Below, in pieces: positions 27,701 through 36,466 of a DNA stretch of 58,107 nucleotides (position 1 is the stretch's first letter; every line of letters begins with the position of its first letter). The translations under genes were made by a program, and so were the position numbers. The stretch is from IMG/VR virus record IMGVR_UViG_3300020021_000013, positions 1-58,107 of that record. One strand, written 5' to 3'. The notes below the pieces were generated by a model, which saw nothing but the letters and a program-made list of their open reading frames with translations, was not told the DNA's origin and ran no database searches. The stretch comes from a virus (lineage: Duplodnaviria > Caudoviricetes).

Positions 27701-29057
27701 GCTTCGGCTTGGCCTCGGCAGCCTTCGCGGCGGCCTCTTCGAGGTGCGCCCGGCCCTTGATGGTGTCCTCTGCGGCCCGCGCGATCTGCTTGTCGAGGGC
27801 CGCCTTACCGGCGCCCAGCTTGTCGGTCGCAGGCTTCGGCGCCTCAGGCTCGGGCAGCTTGAGCGGCGTCTTCGCGGCTTCGGCCTGCTGCTTGTGGAAG
27901 GCGGCGTTGGCCTCCTGGTGCTCGTTGACCTTCTTGATGGCCTCCGCCAAAGTCGACCCCTTGGCCACCTCGGCCTTGACGGCCTGAACCTTCTGGTTCA
28001 TCGGGCTCGTCGAGACGGCCTTCTCGACAGCGGTCGGCTCGCTACTTGGGGCAACGAACTTGGCGTGCACGGCCTTTGCCTGTGCGCCGAAGGGAGTACC
28101 TGATCCGGCCTTAGCGAGGAAGTTCAGTTCGTCCAAGACGGCAGATTTCTGGCTGCTATCAAGCGTCTGGAAGTCGGCTGCGCTGACCTTTTCCCACGCG
28201 GCCACCTTGGCAGCGGTGGGGGCGCCTGGCTTGGACTGCACTGCCCATGCCGCCGCCGCTGCCGTCGGAGCGTTGGGCTGGGCACCTGCGGGCAGCTTGG
28301 CTAGCAGCTCGGTGGCCTTCTTCTGCTGCGGGCCGAATCCGTCCTTCTGGACCTTGGCCAGCTCGCCCCGGATCGTCGACTGGTCGGCCTCCGACAGGCC
28401 AGCCCACTGCTCCGGGGTGATCGCGGAAGCCTTGTCGAGCTTGTACTGCGGGGTGACTTTCTCCTGGGCGATGACGTGCGCGATGCCCTTCGAGGCGACC
28501 GTCGGCTTCTTGCCTTTCGGCCCCAGCTCGACCGGCTTCATTGACTTGACGGCCTGGCCGAGGGTGACCTTGCCGGGCTCGTTGACGTGCACACCGGCGT
28601 TGGCGGAGACATCCTTGCCTGCCTGGTGGGCCTCGCCGGTGGCCTCGTTGGCGGTCTTCCCGGCGTGCGGGTGCGGCTTCGCCACGATCGGCTGTAGAAG
28701 CTTGTGCGGGATCGACTTGCCCGCCGACTTCAGCACCTCGATCTTCTTCAGCCGCGTGTTGTTGGCCTTCTCGACGCGGGCTGCTTCGAGGGCGTGCCAG
28801 GCGGCCGGGGCGGACGTGAACAGGCTGTGTTTCCAGCCTTTGCACGGGCCCGGGTGGAGCGGGTTCAGGCAGGCGGTCAGGGAGCAGGTGTCGTGTGCGT
28901 CGTCGTCCTGGTAGATGGCGGCCTGGATGGCGGACGGACCGACGGTGAGCGCGGGGGCGGCTGCGGCGACGAGTGAATAGACCTGAGCGACGGTCTCGGC
29001 GTCCGTGGGCATGGCGAGGGTAATTCCGAACTTGTCGATCAGGTGCTTCAGCGCCAT
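24738..29057 (-). CDS. 1439-aa protein with C-terminal VIP2/C2-like ADP-ribosyltransferase domain
   Basis: YTG...Y..INNYLRG, LKRG (R), GFVSSS (S-x-S), ENEMLL..GTKFKV (E-x-E); long Ala/Lys-rich helical body; adjacent to MuF. Confidence 0.88.
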   Translation of the reverse strand: MALKHLIDKFGITLAMPTDAETVAQVYSLVAAAAPALTVGPSAIQAAIYQDDDAHDTCSLTACLNPLHPGPCKGWKHSLFTSAPAAWHALEAARVEKANNTRLKKIEVLKSAGKSIPHKLLQPIVAKPHPHAGKTANEATGEAHQAGKDVSANAGVHVNEPGKVTLGQAVKSMKPVELGPKGKKPTVASKGIAHVIAQEKVTPQYKLDKASAITPEQWAGLSEADQSTIRGELAKVQKDGFGPQQKKATELLAKLPAGAQPNAPTAAAAAWAVQSKPGAPTAAKVAAWEKVSAADFQTLDSSQKSAVLDELNFLAKAGSGTPFGAQAKAVHAKFVAPSSEPTAVEKAVSTSPMNQKVQAVKAEVAKGSTLAEAIKKVNEHQEANAAFHKQQAEAAKTPLKLPEPEAPKPATDKLGAGKAALDKQIARAAEDTIKGRAHLEEAAAKAAEAKPKPLPKHVTDAIEMAKGQAPGASWSKNHLAAYQPLSAEEFKALPPDVQGKIISELGQSHFLDPKKIAAAKALVEKFGHGEAPKAAEPKSAEKAVDFAKDLHSHDVTAAQAKQAVEKTAISGHFQAAKQTAGLTDFENPDAAGLHDAAADATAEALVEQKTKLYDDGTVLNQPEVKAAVEHLAHTAHAQALAQSVQDAKSKAFNKISLKLSKDQGELSPIEKASLLHYQKHLLNHANPPTGTADMDKLKADTKQAETDLTDKLHAAVKQANAPKPEDMSAAQIQDRAEELMGAEALKPKTSLMLSQVIGAEKLGKAQIANDANKYPDAVFSDPNVLAKQADAAKAAGELLKTKAMQQKLAGHLVAHHEFTLGAGHSISGAKLTGADKQVIELHAEQLKDDHDFLNLGEVAQLDKLDATKAAFHEAATKAEANLKPAEPHELSAFDQATIGEAYSGAWGKHATKAVTYGVNSYELTQAMKQHPDYVPLTQDLGNLKVLAGKVALAHAEETTAQLNVPTNPITGGMESGPEHQAWLGKIQQRNELESQFKLLHSSAQQKLDKIRTDVGLKKRALPKLDTTAVKASAAETGYYKSTGYNGPNYGKYSSGKQYMLSKVGLKIGAAHQSAAEKKLGKVGVSAGKAATPSKIENVPSGESVKLGGGTTISHIQESTKKKITSDFKAMPDGKYLTDPTEDIFGNLVNLSAAHGKDVTGGLSVDQVLQTIDETHSKSLGVNNTGMLHKKVTDWLGTSAGKEYAEKHSTPNAKAVKQLTGEVDLPEGVTLAPGEKVQPLAGPGVHDKGLSAKDFHAHTSQQAQAEQDAYKKAQGIKWSAAQKKAMHAYTGNGASAYDGINNYLRGEGGYSPVVKQYALDIQSAMMPLRENTLLKRGTGWPPGIASFQSHPEDLLGKTFDDKGFVSSSVAGSGGHFSGKPLQLVIEAPKGTPAVFVNGISQYEDSENEMLLAAGTKFKVLSVEKTSGGHTLMRVRVVGDK

Positions 29058-29206
29058 GCGGGCATCCTAGCAATCGTTTTTGATCTTCAATTCCCTACGC
29101 AACACGGCAGCCTCCCGGGCACGACGCCGACGGCGGCCCCGCACCTTCTGCCCGCCACCGATGTACCAGCCCCACTCGTCCAGTGCGGCCGACAACCCCA
29201 GCATCC

Positions 29207-30631
29207 TCACGCCCGGCCCGCATCCTTCAACGTCTTCGCCTCGGCCGCCGCATGTTTCGCCTTGGCCTGCGCCGACTTCTGCTTGCCGTACGCGGCCCGC
29301 TGCTTCGGCGACATCTTCGCCACCTTCGCCGCCTCGGCCCGCCGGTCGATGATGGCCTGGGCCCGCTTCTCCAAGGTGTCGTGCTTCTTCTCGTCCGAGA
29401 CGGCCTTGGCCTGCGCCCGCCGGTCGAGGGCGTCCTGCTGCTTGGCGTCCTGCGCCCCGGTCGACTTGGCTTTCGCGTTGGCGCTGGCGGCCTGCTTCAG
29501 CGTCTGCTGGTGCGGGGCCAGGGCCTTCCTGTAGTCGGCGACCGCCTTACGTGCCATCGCCGCCAGCTTCGGGTTGCCGGTGACGTTGGCCTGCGCGACC
29601 TGCTGGGCCTGGGCGATAGCCGTCGACAGCCCTTTCACGGCGGTCTGCGCCACCTGGGCGGGGGTCTGCTTGGTGGCGTCCTGCTGGCCGGGTTCGGTCT
29701 CGCCGCGCTTCTGGCCTTTGCACAGGCCCGGCTTATGGGTTTCCATGCAGAACTGGCCTTCGGTGCACACCGCCTGCATGAGGGTGATTGAGGCGTTGAG
29801 GCTGGGCGGCCCTTTGTACTGCCGGTTGCCCATCGGGGTCGGCTCGTCTTTGATCTCCAACAATTCAACACATCTGCAATTAATTGTCTCCTTGGCGGGC
29901 GCGTCCGGATCATGCGGGTGCATCATCGAGTACCCACCGACGATGAACGGCTGTCCGAACGGCACTACCTGCCCGTCTGCTTCCACATGGTCGGGCCGGG
30001 TGCGGGAGTCTTCGGTGGCGAGCCAGCGTTTCACCCACTCGGTGTCGGGGTCGGCGGCGACGATCATGGAGAAGGCGTCGTGCAGACCGCCGTTGTAGGC
30101 GCCGACGACCTCAGTCCGCGCGACGGTCCGGGCCCGGTTCTTCCACTTCTCGGTGCTGGTGTCACCGAATAGCTGCTCGATCTGGTCGGTGACGTCGGGG
30201 ATGCTGGCCCCGTTCGTGGTGGCCGAGTCGATGATGTGGGCGACAGCGCCGTACACCTCGTCGGGGACGGCTTGGAGCCGGTTCTCACGGGCGGCGATCC
30301 AGTTCCGGACGAACGGCCGGGATTCGAAGGCCGTGCCGTTGGCGAACAGGTTTTTGTACGGGGCGGCCAAGACTTCCCGGGCGACCTGTTCGGCGTACTG
30401 GGAGGTGAGGGTGTGCCACTTCGGGGTTTGGGAGAAGACGGTGAACGGGTCGGGGACGAGGCCGAGGGTGGCGATGCCGCCGGTGAACATGGCGACCTTC
30501 ACGGCGGCCAGCCACTCCAGCATCATCTCCAGGTACGCCTCGTACAGGGGCGGCTCGTACTGGGCGAAGACTTCGACGGCGGCCTGCTGCTGGGCGGCGG
30601 CGCTGGGCAGGGTGGTGGTGGATTGTGCCAC
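29207..30631 (-). CDS. MuF-like head morphogenesis protein with basic C-terminal extension
   Basis: RARTVARTE, KRWLATEDSRTRPDH..ADGQ, HPHDP...ETINCRC. Confidence 0.9.
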   Translation of the reverse strand: MAQSTTTLPSAAAQQQAAVEVFAQYEPPLYEAYLEMMLEWLAAVKVAMFTGGIATLGLVPDPFTVFSQTPKWHTLTSQYAEQVAREVLAAPYKNLFANGTAFESRPFVRNWIAARENRLQAVPDEVYGAVAHIIDSATTNGASIPDVTDQIEQLFGDTSTEKWKNRARTVARTEVVGAYNGGLHDAFSMIVAADPDTEWVKRWLATEDSRTRPDHVEADGQVVPFGQPFIVGGYSMMHPHDPDAPAKETINCRCVELLEIKDEPTPMGNRQYKGPPSLNASITLMQAVCTEGQFCMETHKPGLCKGQKRGETEPGQQDATKQTPAQVAQTAVKGLSTAIAQAQQVAQANVTGNPKLAAMARKAVADYRKALAPHQQTLKQAASANAKAKSTGAQDAKQQDALDRRAQAKAVSDEKKHDTLEKRAQAIIDRRAEAAKVAKMSPKQRAAYGKQKSAQAKAKHAAAEAKTLKDAGRA

Positions 30632-30645
30632 GAAGCCACGCCCTT

Positions 30646-31032
30646 TCAGCGCCGGAGCGGCGCGACCCATGAATCATAGATGGGCCGACCTGGGCAGATG
30701 ATGCCGTAGGTCTGGCGCATCAGCCCGACGTGCTCCATGAGCAGCGGAGTCTTGCGATACCACTCCGTTTCGCCGGAGGGCAGCCACTCGCGGGCGGCAC
30801 TGAACTGGCGGTGCCGCCGCGTCTCCAGTGGGTAGGTACCGGGCTCGGTGGCCAGCAGGATTGCCCCTGGTCGCGCCTTGCGAAAGGCGCTCACCCTCGA
30901 CTTCAGCCGGGTCGACGTTCCGATCTTCACGAGCTGCGAATCCGGGTCGCCTACGTAGTAAACGACGGCATCGACGTCTGAGCGCGTGCCGCCGCGCCAA
31001 AAGACAACGGCGGGGGCTTGGGTAGGCTGCAT
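30646..31032 (-). CDS. GIY-YIG / T5orf172-like nuclease-family protein
   Basis: VVYYV...VKIGTS...R...E...H.QF...EWY. Confidence 0.78.
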   Translation of the reverse strand: MQPTQAPAVVFWRGGTRSDVDAVVYYVGDPDSQLVKIGTSTRLKSRVSAFRKARPGAILLATEPGTYPLETRRHRQFSAAREWLPSGETEWYRKTPLLMEHVGLMRQTYGIICPGRPIYDSWVAPLRR

Positions 31033-31110
31033 CTCATCGGGTCCTTCGCGAGAGGTCCGGTCACGCCCGGGGGTGTTAGCGCACCCGCCGGGCTTTTCTT
31101 GTCCATGATC

Positions 31111-31305
31111 CTACCGAAGTCCGATTAGGGCGAACAGGAGGCCATCGATGACGGCCAGGGCGCCCAAGGCGGCAATCATTACGGACCGTAGCGGACCCCC
31201 GGTGCTGGCCCGGGAAATCGGGTAACCCCGGGCACCACCGATTACTCTGCGTGGCTTCAGGTGGCCGACGCGCCAGCCGTGCCGGGCCTTGTAAACCTGG
31301 CTCAT
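31111..31305 (-). CDS. Small membrane protein
   Basis: 64 aa with C-terminal TM segment; ATGA overlap with portal. Confidence 0.5.
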   Translation of the reverse strand: MSQVYKARHGWRVGHLKPRRVIGGARGYPISRASTGGPLRSVMIAALGALAVIDGLLFALIGLR

Positions 31306-33251
31306 CGGGCCAGGTCCTCTCGGGCCAGGCTCAGGGCTGAACGGAGCATTTCCGGCGAATGGGCCACACCGCGCGTCAGCAGCTCTGTGCAGTACTCGCC
31401 CAGGAGCTGCTGCAACGCGTCAGGATCAACGCTGAGCGCCTGGGACTGTTCGCGAAGGTGATCCCATGCACCGGCCATCAGCGCTGGCACACGGGCAGGG
31501 TCGGCAGGCACGCGGGTGTGCAGCAGATGCTTCCCCACCGGATAGCGGGCCCGCTGCGGGCCAGGAACCAGGCGGCCACCGGCCAACTCCAGAGCCCGGT
31601 ACACGGCAGCGTCAGCCGCGAAGAACAAGGCCGCATCGCCGAGGGGCCTCAGAACCGACGCGGCGAGCGCGCCCAGCTTCTGCTTCCCCGGTAGCGGCTT
31701 CACATTTCCGGCCTCGGCGTCGGCGACGGACGGGAACTGCGGCAGGCCACGGTTCCCGGCGTCGGCCGGTTCCGTCCCGGCATCGTCGTAGCCGGGGTCG
31801 CCCGGCATCAGCGCGCCCTGGCCGGGGACGGCCGGGGGTGCTGGCGGGGCGGGCAGACTGATCTTCGGCAGGCCGAGGATCTTCTGCACTTCCGGGTCGC
31901 CCGCATAGGCGGGCTGGGCCAGCACGAGCGCCTTGACCAGGTTGTATTGCAGCTCTTTGTCGTCGGGGGCGTCGTCGTCGGTGAACGAGGCGTTATCGCG
32001 GGCCGCCTTGTTGCTGATGATCTCCTTCTCGACGAACTGCAACGCCTGGTCGGAGCGGTTGGGGCGGACGGCCAGCGCGGCGATGTCGAACCAGAGAGTC
32101 ATCTTCTCCGGGTCGGGGATGCCTGCGGCGCGGAGGGCGGGCTGGAAGTAGCCGATGTTCAGGGCGTCGGCGAGCTGGATGAGCAGCGGCTCAATGTGGA
32201 TTTTGATCGAGGATTCCTCGATCTGCCAGGCGTTCCAGTGGCTGGAGCTGCCCATGCCGGTCAGCACTTCGGGCGGGATGTCCAGGGACATCGCCATCCG
32301 CTTGACGGCGTCGGTGCGCATCGTGGCGATGTGGTCGGAGATGGTGGAGTCGAACGTCAGGTGTTTGATCTTGTCGAGGGCGTCGACGGCGACCTGCAAG
32401 ATGATCGGCACGACGGCGGCGGCGGAGTCCCGCTGTTGCATCGACGTGGCCATCGTCTGCTGCAACAGCTGCGCGAAACCCTCGATGGCGGTGGGCTGCG
32501 GATCGCCCGGGTTCTCCTGCGGCGGACGCGGGAAGTCGATGTCGTCGGGGAGTAGCAGGATTCCGGCACCGGCGAGGCGGGAGTCCAGTTCGGCGAACAC
32601 CCGTTTGGTGCACTGCTCCAGTTCGCGTAGCACGGGCAGGATGGCCCGGACGGTGGAGTCGGCGGCGTCGTACCGGCGGGGGTGCGGGTTCCAGGCCCGG
32701 ATCAGCAGGTCCGTGTCCGGGTTCAGCTTGTAGTTGCCGCCGCCGTGGGTGATGGAGCGGCGGACCATGATGTCGTCGCCGCGCCGGTACACCTCGGATG
32801 AGGAGGCCACATACCACTTGTCCTGGTCGGCGTTCTGGTAGCCCTCGGCCACGACGAAGGCGTCTCCGGCCACCATCATGTTGATGCCGAGTAGGCGTTG
32901 GGCCTGCGCTTTCGCGGCGGGGCTGCCGAACATGGTTTCGGCGATCAGCTTTACGCGGGGGTCGACGACTTCTTCGCCGATGACGCCGTCGTCGGTGACT
33001 TGGGCGGCGTACATGCGGCAGCGGCTGACGGCGTTGCCGATCCAGTTGACCACGAAGCGCATTTCGCCACAAATATCGTAATGGCGCCATGCCTCCCATT
33101 GCCAACGATGATCACCCAATTTGAACATTTGCCACGAAGCGGCGTCACCCAGGTTGATGGGGACGGCGGCGGCGAGCAGAGAGCTAGGGCGCGTTCCAGG
33201 CCCGTCGACGCCACCGGCGGGGACGACCTTCCGTTTGGTCAGCAACCCCAC
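31302..33251 (-). CDS. Portal protein
   Basis: GTG 33251 with GAAGGGG RBS; WQWEAW.HYD..GE, RAWNPHP, DSRLAGAGILLLP, LDIPPEVLTG...HWNAWQI. Confidence 0.9.
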   Translation of the reverse strand: MGLLTKRKVVPAGGVDGPGTRPSSLLAAAVPINLGDAASWQMFKLGDHRWQWEAWRHYDICGEMRFVVNWIGNAVSRCRMYAAQVTDDGVIGEEVVDPRVKLIAETMFGSPAAKAQAQRLLGINMMVAGDAFVVAEGYQNADQDKWYVASSSEVYRRGDDIMVRRSITHGGGNYKLNPDTDLLIRAWNPHPRRYDAADSTVRAILPVLRELEQCTKRVFAELDSRLAGAGILLLPDDIDFPRPPQENPGDPQPTAIEGFAQLLQQTMATSMQQRDSAAAVVPIILQVAVDALDKIKHLTFDSTISDHIATMRTDAVKRMAMSLDIPPEVLTGMGSSSHWNAWQIEESSIKIHIEPLLIQLADALNIGYFQPALRAAGIPDPEKMTLWFDIAALAVRPNRSDQALQFVEKEIISNKAARDNASFTDDDAPDDKELQYNLVKALVLAQPAYAGDPEVQKILGLPKISLPAPPAPPAVPGQGALMPGDPGYDDAGTEPADAGNRGLPQFPSVADAEAGNVKPLPGKQKLGALAASVLRPLGDAALFFAADAAVYRALELAGGRLVPGPQRARYPVGKHLLHTRVPADPARVPALMAGAWDHLREQSQALSVDPDALQQLLGEYCTELLTRGVAHSPEMLRSALSLAREDLAR

Positions 33252-33256
33252 CAAAG

Positions 33257-33565
33257 TCACCCCTTCACGCGTGCAAGCGCACCGGCCGCAGCCGACAGGG
33301 CCAGCCACAAGGCGGGCACGAACAGCCACGGCGAATCGCCGTAAGCGTAGATGATCGGGGCGGCGGGAATGGCCAGCCAGATGGATACGCACCACGGGCA
33401 CAGCAGCATGTAGGCGAGCATGTGGTGCTTGCGCTCTTTGAGGGCGGTGACGATGGCGTCGCGGGGCCGTTCGGTGATGACGTCGGAAGTGACGATCACG
33501 ACGAGGCGGGCGAACGCGAGCAGGTAGACGAAGTAACAGACAGAAGAGCCGGGCATGGCCACCAT
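33257..33565 (-). CDS. DUF1360-like membrane protein
   Basis: ARL...VT.D.I..RPR, LLCPWCVSIW motif; upstream of portal. Confidence 0.75.
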   Translation of the reverse strand: MVAMPGSSVCYFVYLLAFARLVVIVTSDVITERPRDAIVTALKERKHHMLAYMLLCPWCVSIWLAIPAAPIIYAYGDSPWLFVPALWLALSAAAGALARVKG

Positions 33566-33599
33566 CGTAGGTGGTCAGCCCGGCTCCGGGTGTATGCGG

Positions 33600-34067
33600 T
33601 CAGATGCGCACAGTCCACTTCTCGCCAGGGCGGGGCCGACGGGACGTCAGAACCACGGCGAGCGATTCTGCGAGGGCGCCAACGGGCCGATCGGCGAAGA
33701 TGAGCGGCAGCGTAATGGCCAGCCTTTCGGCCTCCGCTCGGCCGTAGCCGGAGAAGGTAAGGTGGCCGGTCGAATCGGCGACGTCGACGGAGTACGAGGG
33801 CAGGACGAGCCAGCGGCGGCCGTCGCGCCTGACGGTGACGGTTGCACTCATTGGAGCCTCTCTCGATCAGTTCTGGCGGGCGCGCCGGGCGGCGCTCCGC
33901 AGGTAGCTGGCGGTCTCGTCTTCGGCGTGGCACAGGGCGATGACCCGGTTCATCTCGGGGTATTCGGCGAGGATGGCGTCGGCCATGGCGCTGGTTGCTC
34001 CGCGCCACGCCTTGGCGTCAGTGCTGTTGCGGTGCTTGCCGCCCTGCCCGTTGGCGAAGATTTTCAT
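33600..34067 (-). CDS. Two small hypothetical genes (33867-34067, 33600-33851)
   Basis: ORFs downstream of the promoter at 34208-34250. Confidence 0.5.
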
Positions 34068-34207
34068 TTCGCATCACGGTCGGCGAGGACGACCGTGATG
34101 CTGAATTCGGACTTGCAGATCATCAGGCCGTAGGTGTGGGCGGTGAATCCGGGGGTTTTGCTGGTGTGGCGGGCGATGAGCTTCACGTCTTTTTCCCTCT
34201 CTCGATC

Positions 34208-34248
34208 TGTCTGTGTACAGCATACAGCCCGCCTGACACGGATGTCAA
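34208..34248 (-). promoter_or_regulatory. Housekeeping-sigma-type promoter overlapped by operator motif
   Basis: TTGACA-N18-TATGCT; TGTATGCT GTACA CAGACA at 34208-34226. Confidence 0.75.
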
Positions 34249-34272
34249 GCGGGCTGGTCAGCGTGTTTCAGA

Positions 34273-35064
34273 TCAGTCTTCGAAAGACTCCTCGTCGTCC
34301 TCGTCGACCAGGGTCAGGCCCATGTCCGAACGCGGGGCCAACACAACAGCACCGACCTCGTCCGGCGAGACCGTGACACTCGTGGCCCGGGCCAGGAACC
34401 CGGCCGCAGCGTTCTGCACATCCTCAGGACTGGCACCCTCGAACACGGACACGAGGATCCAAGTCGTGCCGCTCACAGCGACGGCGACCTTCCGGTGATC
34501 GAGGGTAGGCAGCGCCTCCAGGCCCATAGCGGCCACAGCCGTCGAGGCGTAGCTGTAGTTCCAGCCCTTCTCGATGACGCCTTGCATCAGCATCCGGCGG
34601 ATGTCCGTCTTCAAGGCGTCCAGGCCGGGCGTCTTGTCGACCGCCTCGGGCGGGTCCTGCGGGCCGGAAACGAAGACCGGCTCGTCGGCGGTGGCCGACA
34701 CCTCGAAGACGCCGTGGCCGTAACCGTTGGGGCGCACCTCCCCCGCCTCCAACACCGCACCGAAGTACGCCTTGAACTTCTCCAGGGCTTCGGTGCGGGA
34801 GTTGGCGGTGACGGTGGTGCCGTACGAGCTGTCGATCGGCACGTGGATCTTGTATTCGGCGGCGCCGGTGACCGGCTGGGCGCCGAGGCGGCTGAGCCAG
34901 GCGTTGACGTAGTCGCGGTCGACGGAGCCGTACTTGACGGCACCGGCGCTGTACGAGGTGATCTGCGCCAGCAGGGTTTCGACCTGCTGGGCCTCGTAGA
35001 AGGCGCTCTTCGCGTCCTCGACATCGGGGGTATCGGCCTTGGCCCAGTTTTCGTCGTTCTCCAT
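34273..35064 (-). CDS. Hypothetical acidic protein with internal duplication
   Basis: 263 aa, AGGAG RBS; two similar segments (V..G....Y.N.WL..LG..P and V...G....YA..A...MG...). Confidence 0.65.
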   Translation of the reverse strand: MENDENWAKADTPDVEDAKSAFYEAQQVETLLAQITSYSAGAVKYGSVDRDYVNAWLSRLGAQPVTGAAEYKIHVPIDSSYGTTVTANSRTEALEKFKAYFGAVLEAGEVRPNGYGHGVFEVSATADEPVFVSGPQDPPEAVDKTPGLDALKTDIRRMLMQGVIEKGWNYSYASTAVAAMGLEALPTLDHRKVAVAVSGTTWILVSVFEGASPEDVQNAAAGFLARATSVTVSPDEVGAVVLAPRSDMGLTLVDEDDEESFED

Positions 35065-35084
35065 GTCTCTCCTCCTGATCGATC

Positions 35085-35103
35085 TGTCTGCCTATAGCAT
35101 ACA
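35085..35103 (-). promoter_or_regulatory. Promoter/operator motif
   Basis: TGTATGCT ATAGG CAGACA upstream of 35064 start. Confidence 0.7.
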
Positions 35104-35116
35104 CCATAGGCGCAAG

Positions 35117-35203
35117 TGGTGGCGAGAGCAGGATTCGAACCTGCATCTGGCGGCGATCACCTCGCCCTCGACATGGCCACTCTGCCTGTTGAGCTATCTC
35201 GCC
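35117..35203 (-). tRNA. tRNA-like RNA with aberrant, enlarged anticodon arm; encoded CCA
   Basis: GGCGAGA/TCTCGCC-ACCA acceptor, GCTC/GAGT D stem, GCAGG-TTCGAAT-CCTGC T arm; no 5-bp/7-nt anticodon arm. Confidence 0.7.
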
Positions 35204-35407
35204 TTGTAGGCCCTCTCGGGGAGGTTTGCTACCGGTCCGCCCTTGCCGAGGTTCTCACACGCCTGAATAGCCCGGCCGAGGCGCTGCTGCATCTCCTCAA
35301 GCGAGGACATGACCTTCTCCTGTTGCATCTCCTCGAACGACATGACCTTCTCCTCCGGTGGGGTGTGCGGCCCGGCGGCAGGGCCGGGCCGCAGAGTTCA
35401 GGGTTGG

Positions 35408-35836
35408 CTAGCTGGTGACCTCAATCGAGCTGATCGAATCGTTCATGCCGACGGGCAACACCAGATTGTCGGCCAGGTTCGCATCGGCCAGGGGCGGCAC
35501 ATACGACCGCTGAAGCCCCTCACAGCTGTTGCCGACGTACAGGTAGTTGGAGTGGCCGCCGTTGGCCACGCTCTTGTCCGCATACGACGAGGCCATGTTG
35601 TTCGGGTAGCCGCTGGTGCCCAAGTCGAGGCAGTGGTTCGGCAGACCGTAAATGTAGGCGACGGACCACTGCCAGACACCGGACCCGGTCAGACCGAAGT
35701 TGTTGGCGTCGTACAGGCAGATGTTGCCGGACGCGCAGTCGTTGATCGAGGCGTACGCCGGGGCGGCGGCCTCCAAGACGCCGAACGTGGCGAACAGGGC
35801 TAGCACGGCGAGCGTGAACTTACGAAGCATTCCCAT
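35408..35836 (-). CDS. Secreted peptidase-inhibitor I36 / beta-gamma-crystallin-like protein
   Basis: Signal peptide ending APAYA; CASGNICLYDANNFG, NNMASS, NDSISS. Confidence 0.75.
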   Translation of the reverse strand: MGMLRKFTLAVLALFATFGVLEAAAPAYASINDCASGNICLYDANNFGLTGSGVWQWSVAYIYGLPNHCLDLGTSGYPNNMASSYADKSVANGGHSNYLYVGNSCEGLQRSYVPPLADANLADNLVLPVGMNDSISSIEVTS

Positions 35837-35951
35837 ACCATCCGTTAGTGCGGTCGGCGGCCGGGCGGACGCCGATTGAAAAACCAGTTCCAGGTGACCG
35901 TGTACGGTGTGCAACGTTTCGGCTGCTCGTACGGAACCGTGTAGATGACCT

Positions 35952-36188
35952 TCACGCGATCCTCGCGGCGATCAGCCGGACCGTCATCCGGGCGTACCGG
36001 CGGGCCAGACGGAACTTGCCACGCCTGGCAGCCCGGGCGGCTGCCGCCATCGTGCAGCAGCCGCCGCCGTTGTGGGTGGTCCCTCCTCCGGTGCTGCTCG
36101 GACGGTATGCGGGGCCGGGGCCGATGCCCCCGCCGCCGCGCCTGCCGGGCGGCCGTCCACCGGTCGGACCGGTCGTTCTGCGGGCCAT
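35952..36188 (-). CDS. Small basic protein, paralog of 19739-19996
   Basis: GCCTMAAA...GKFRLARRYARMTVRLIAAR; GGAGGAG RBS. Confidence 0.6.
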   Translation of the reverse strand: MARRTTGPTGGRPPGRRGGGGIGPGPAYRPSSTGGGTTHNGGGCCTMAAAARAARRGKFRLARRYARMTVRLIAARIA

Positions 36189-36389
36189 GCGCTCTCCTCC
36201 TCCAAGGGTTCGCGGGGTGGGTCGCCGAGGGCCTCAACTACGCCGTGGCCACGGGGGCTGATCTCGATAGTCTTCGGCGACCCGCCAGCCTCCCTGATAC
36301 TGACGCCATGCCTGGCGTCCAGTTGGCTGACAGCAGGGCCATCCATCATGAGCGCGGCTATCCGCGCCTAGGCTGCTCCCTGCATCCCG

Positions 36390-36466
36390 TGGACTTGGTC
36401 GGAATCGAACCGACTACACCGCTCCAATACTGGATTACGCACGGCCGCACCCACGGCGTCAAGCCC
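36390..36466 (-). tRNA. tRNA-like RNA, G3-U70/A73 (Ala identity), aberrant anticodon arm
   Basis: GGGCTTG/CAAGTCC-A, GCCG/CGGC D stem, GTCGG-TTCGATT-CCGAC. Confidence 0.65.

Noticed and set aside
36253-36390. tmRNA-like 5' end GGGGCTGAT on the plus strand
   Set aside because: No matching plus-strand 3' T arm/acceptor or tag ORF found
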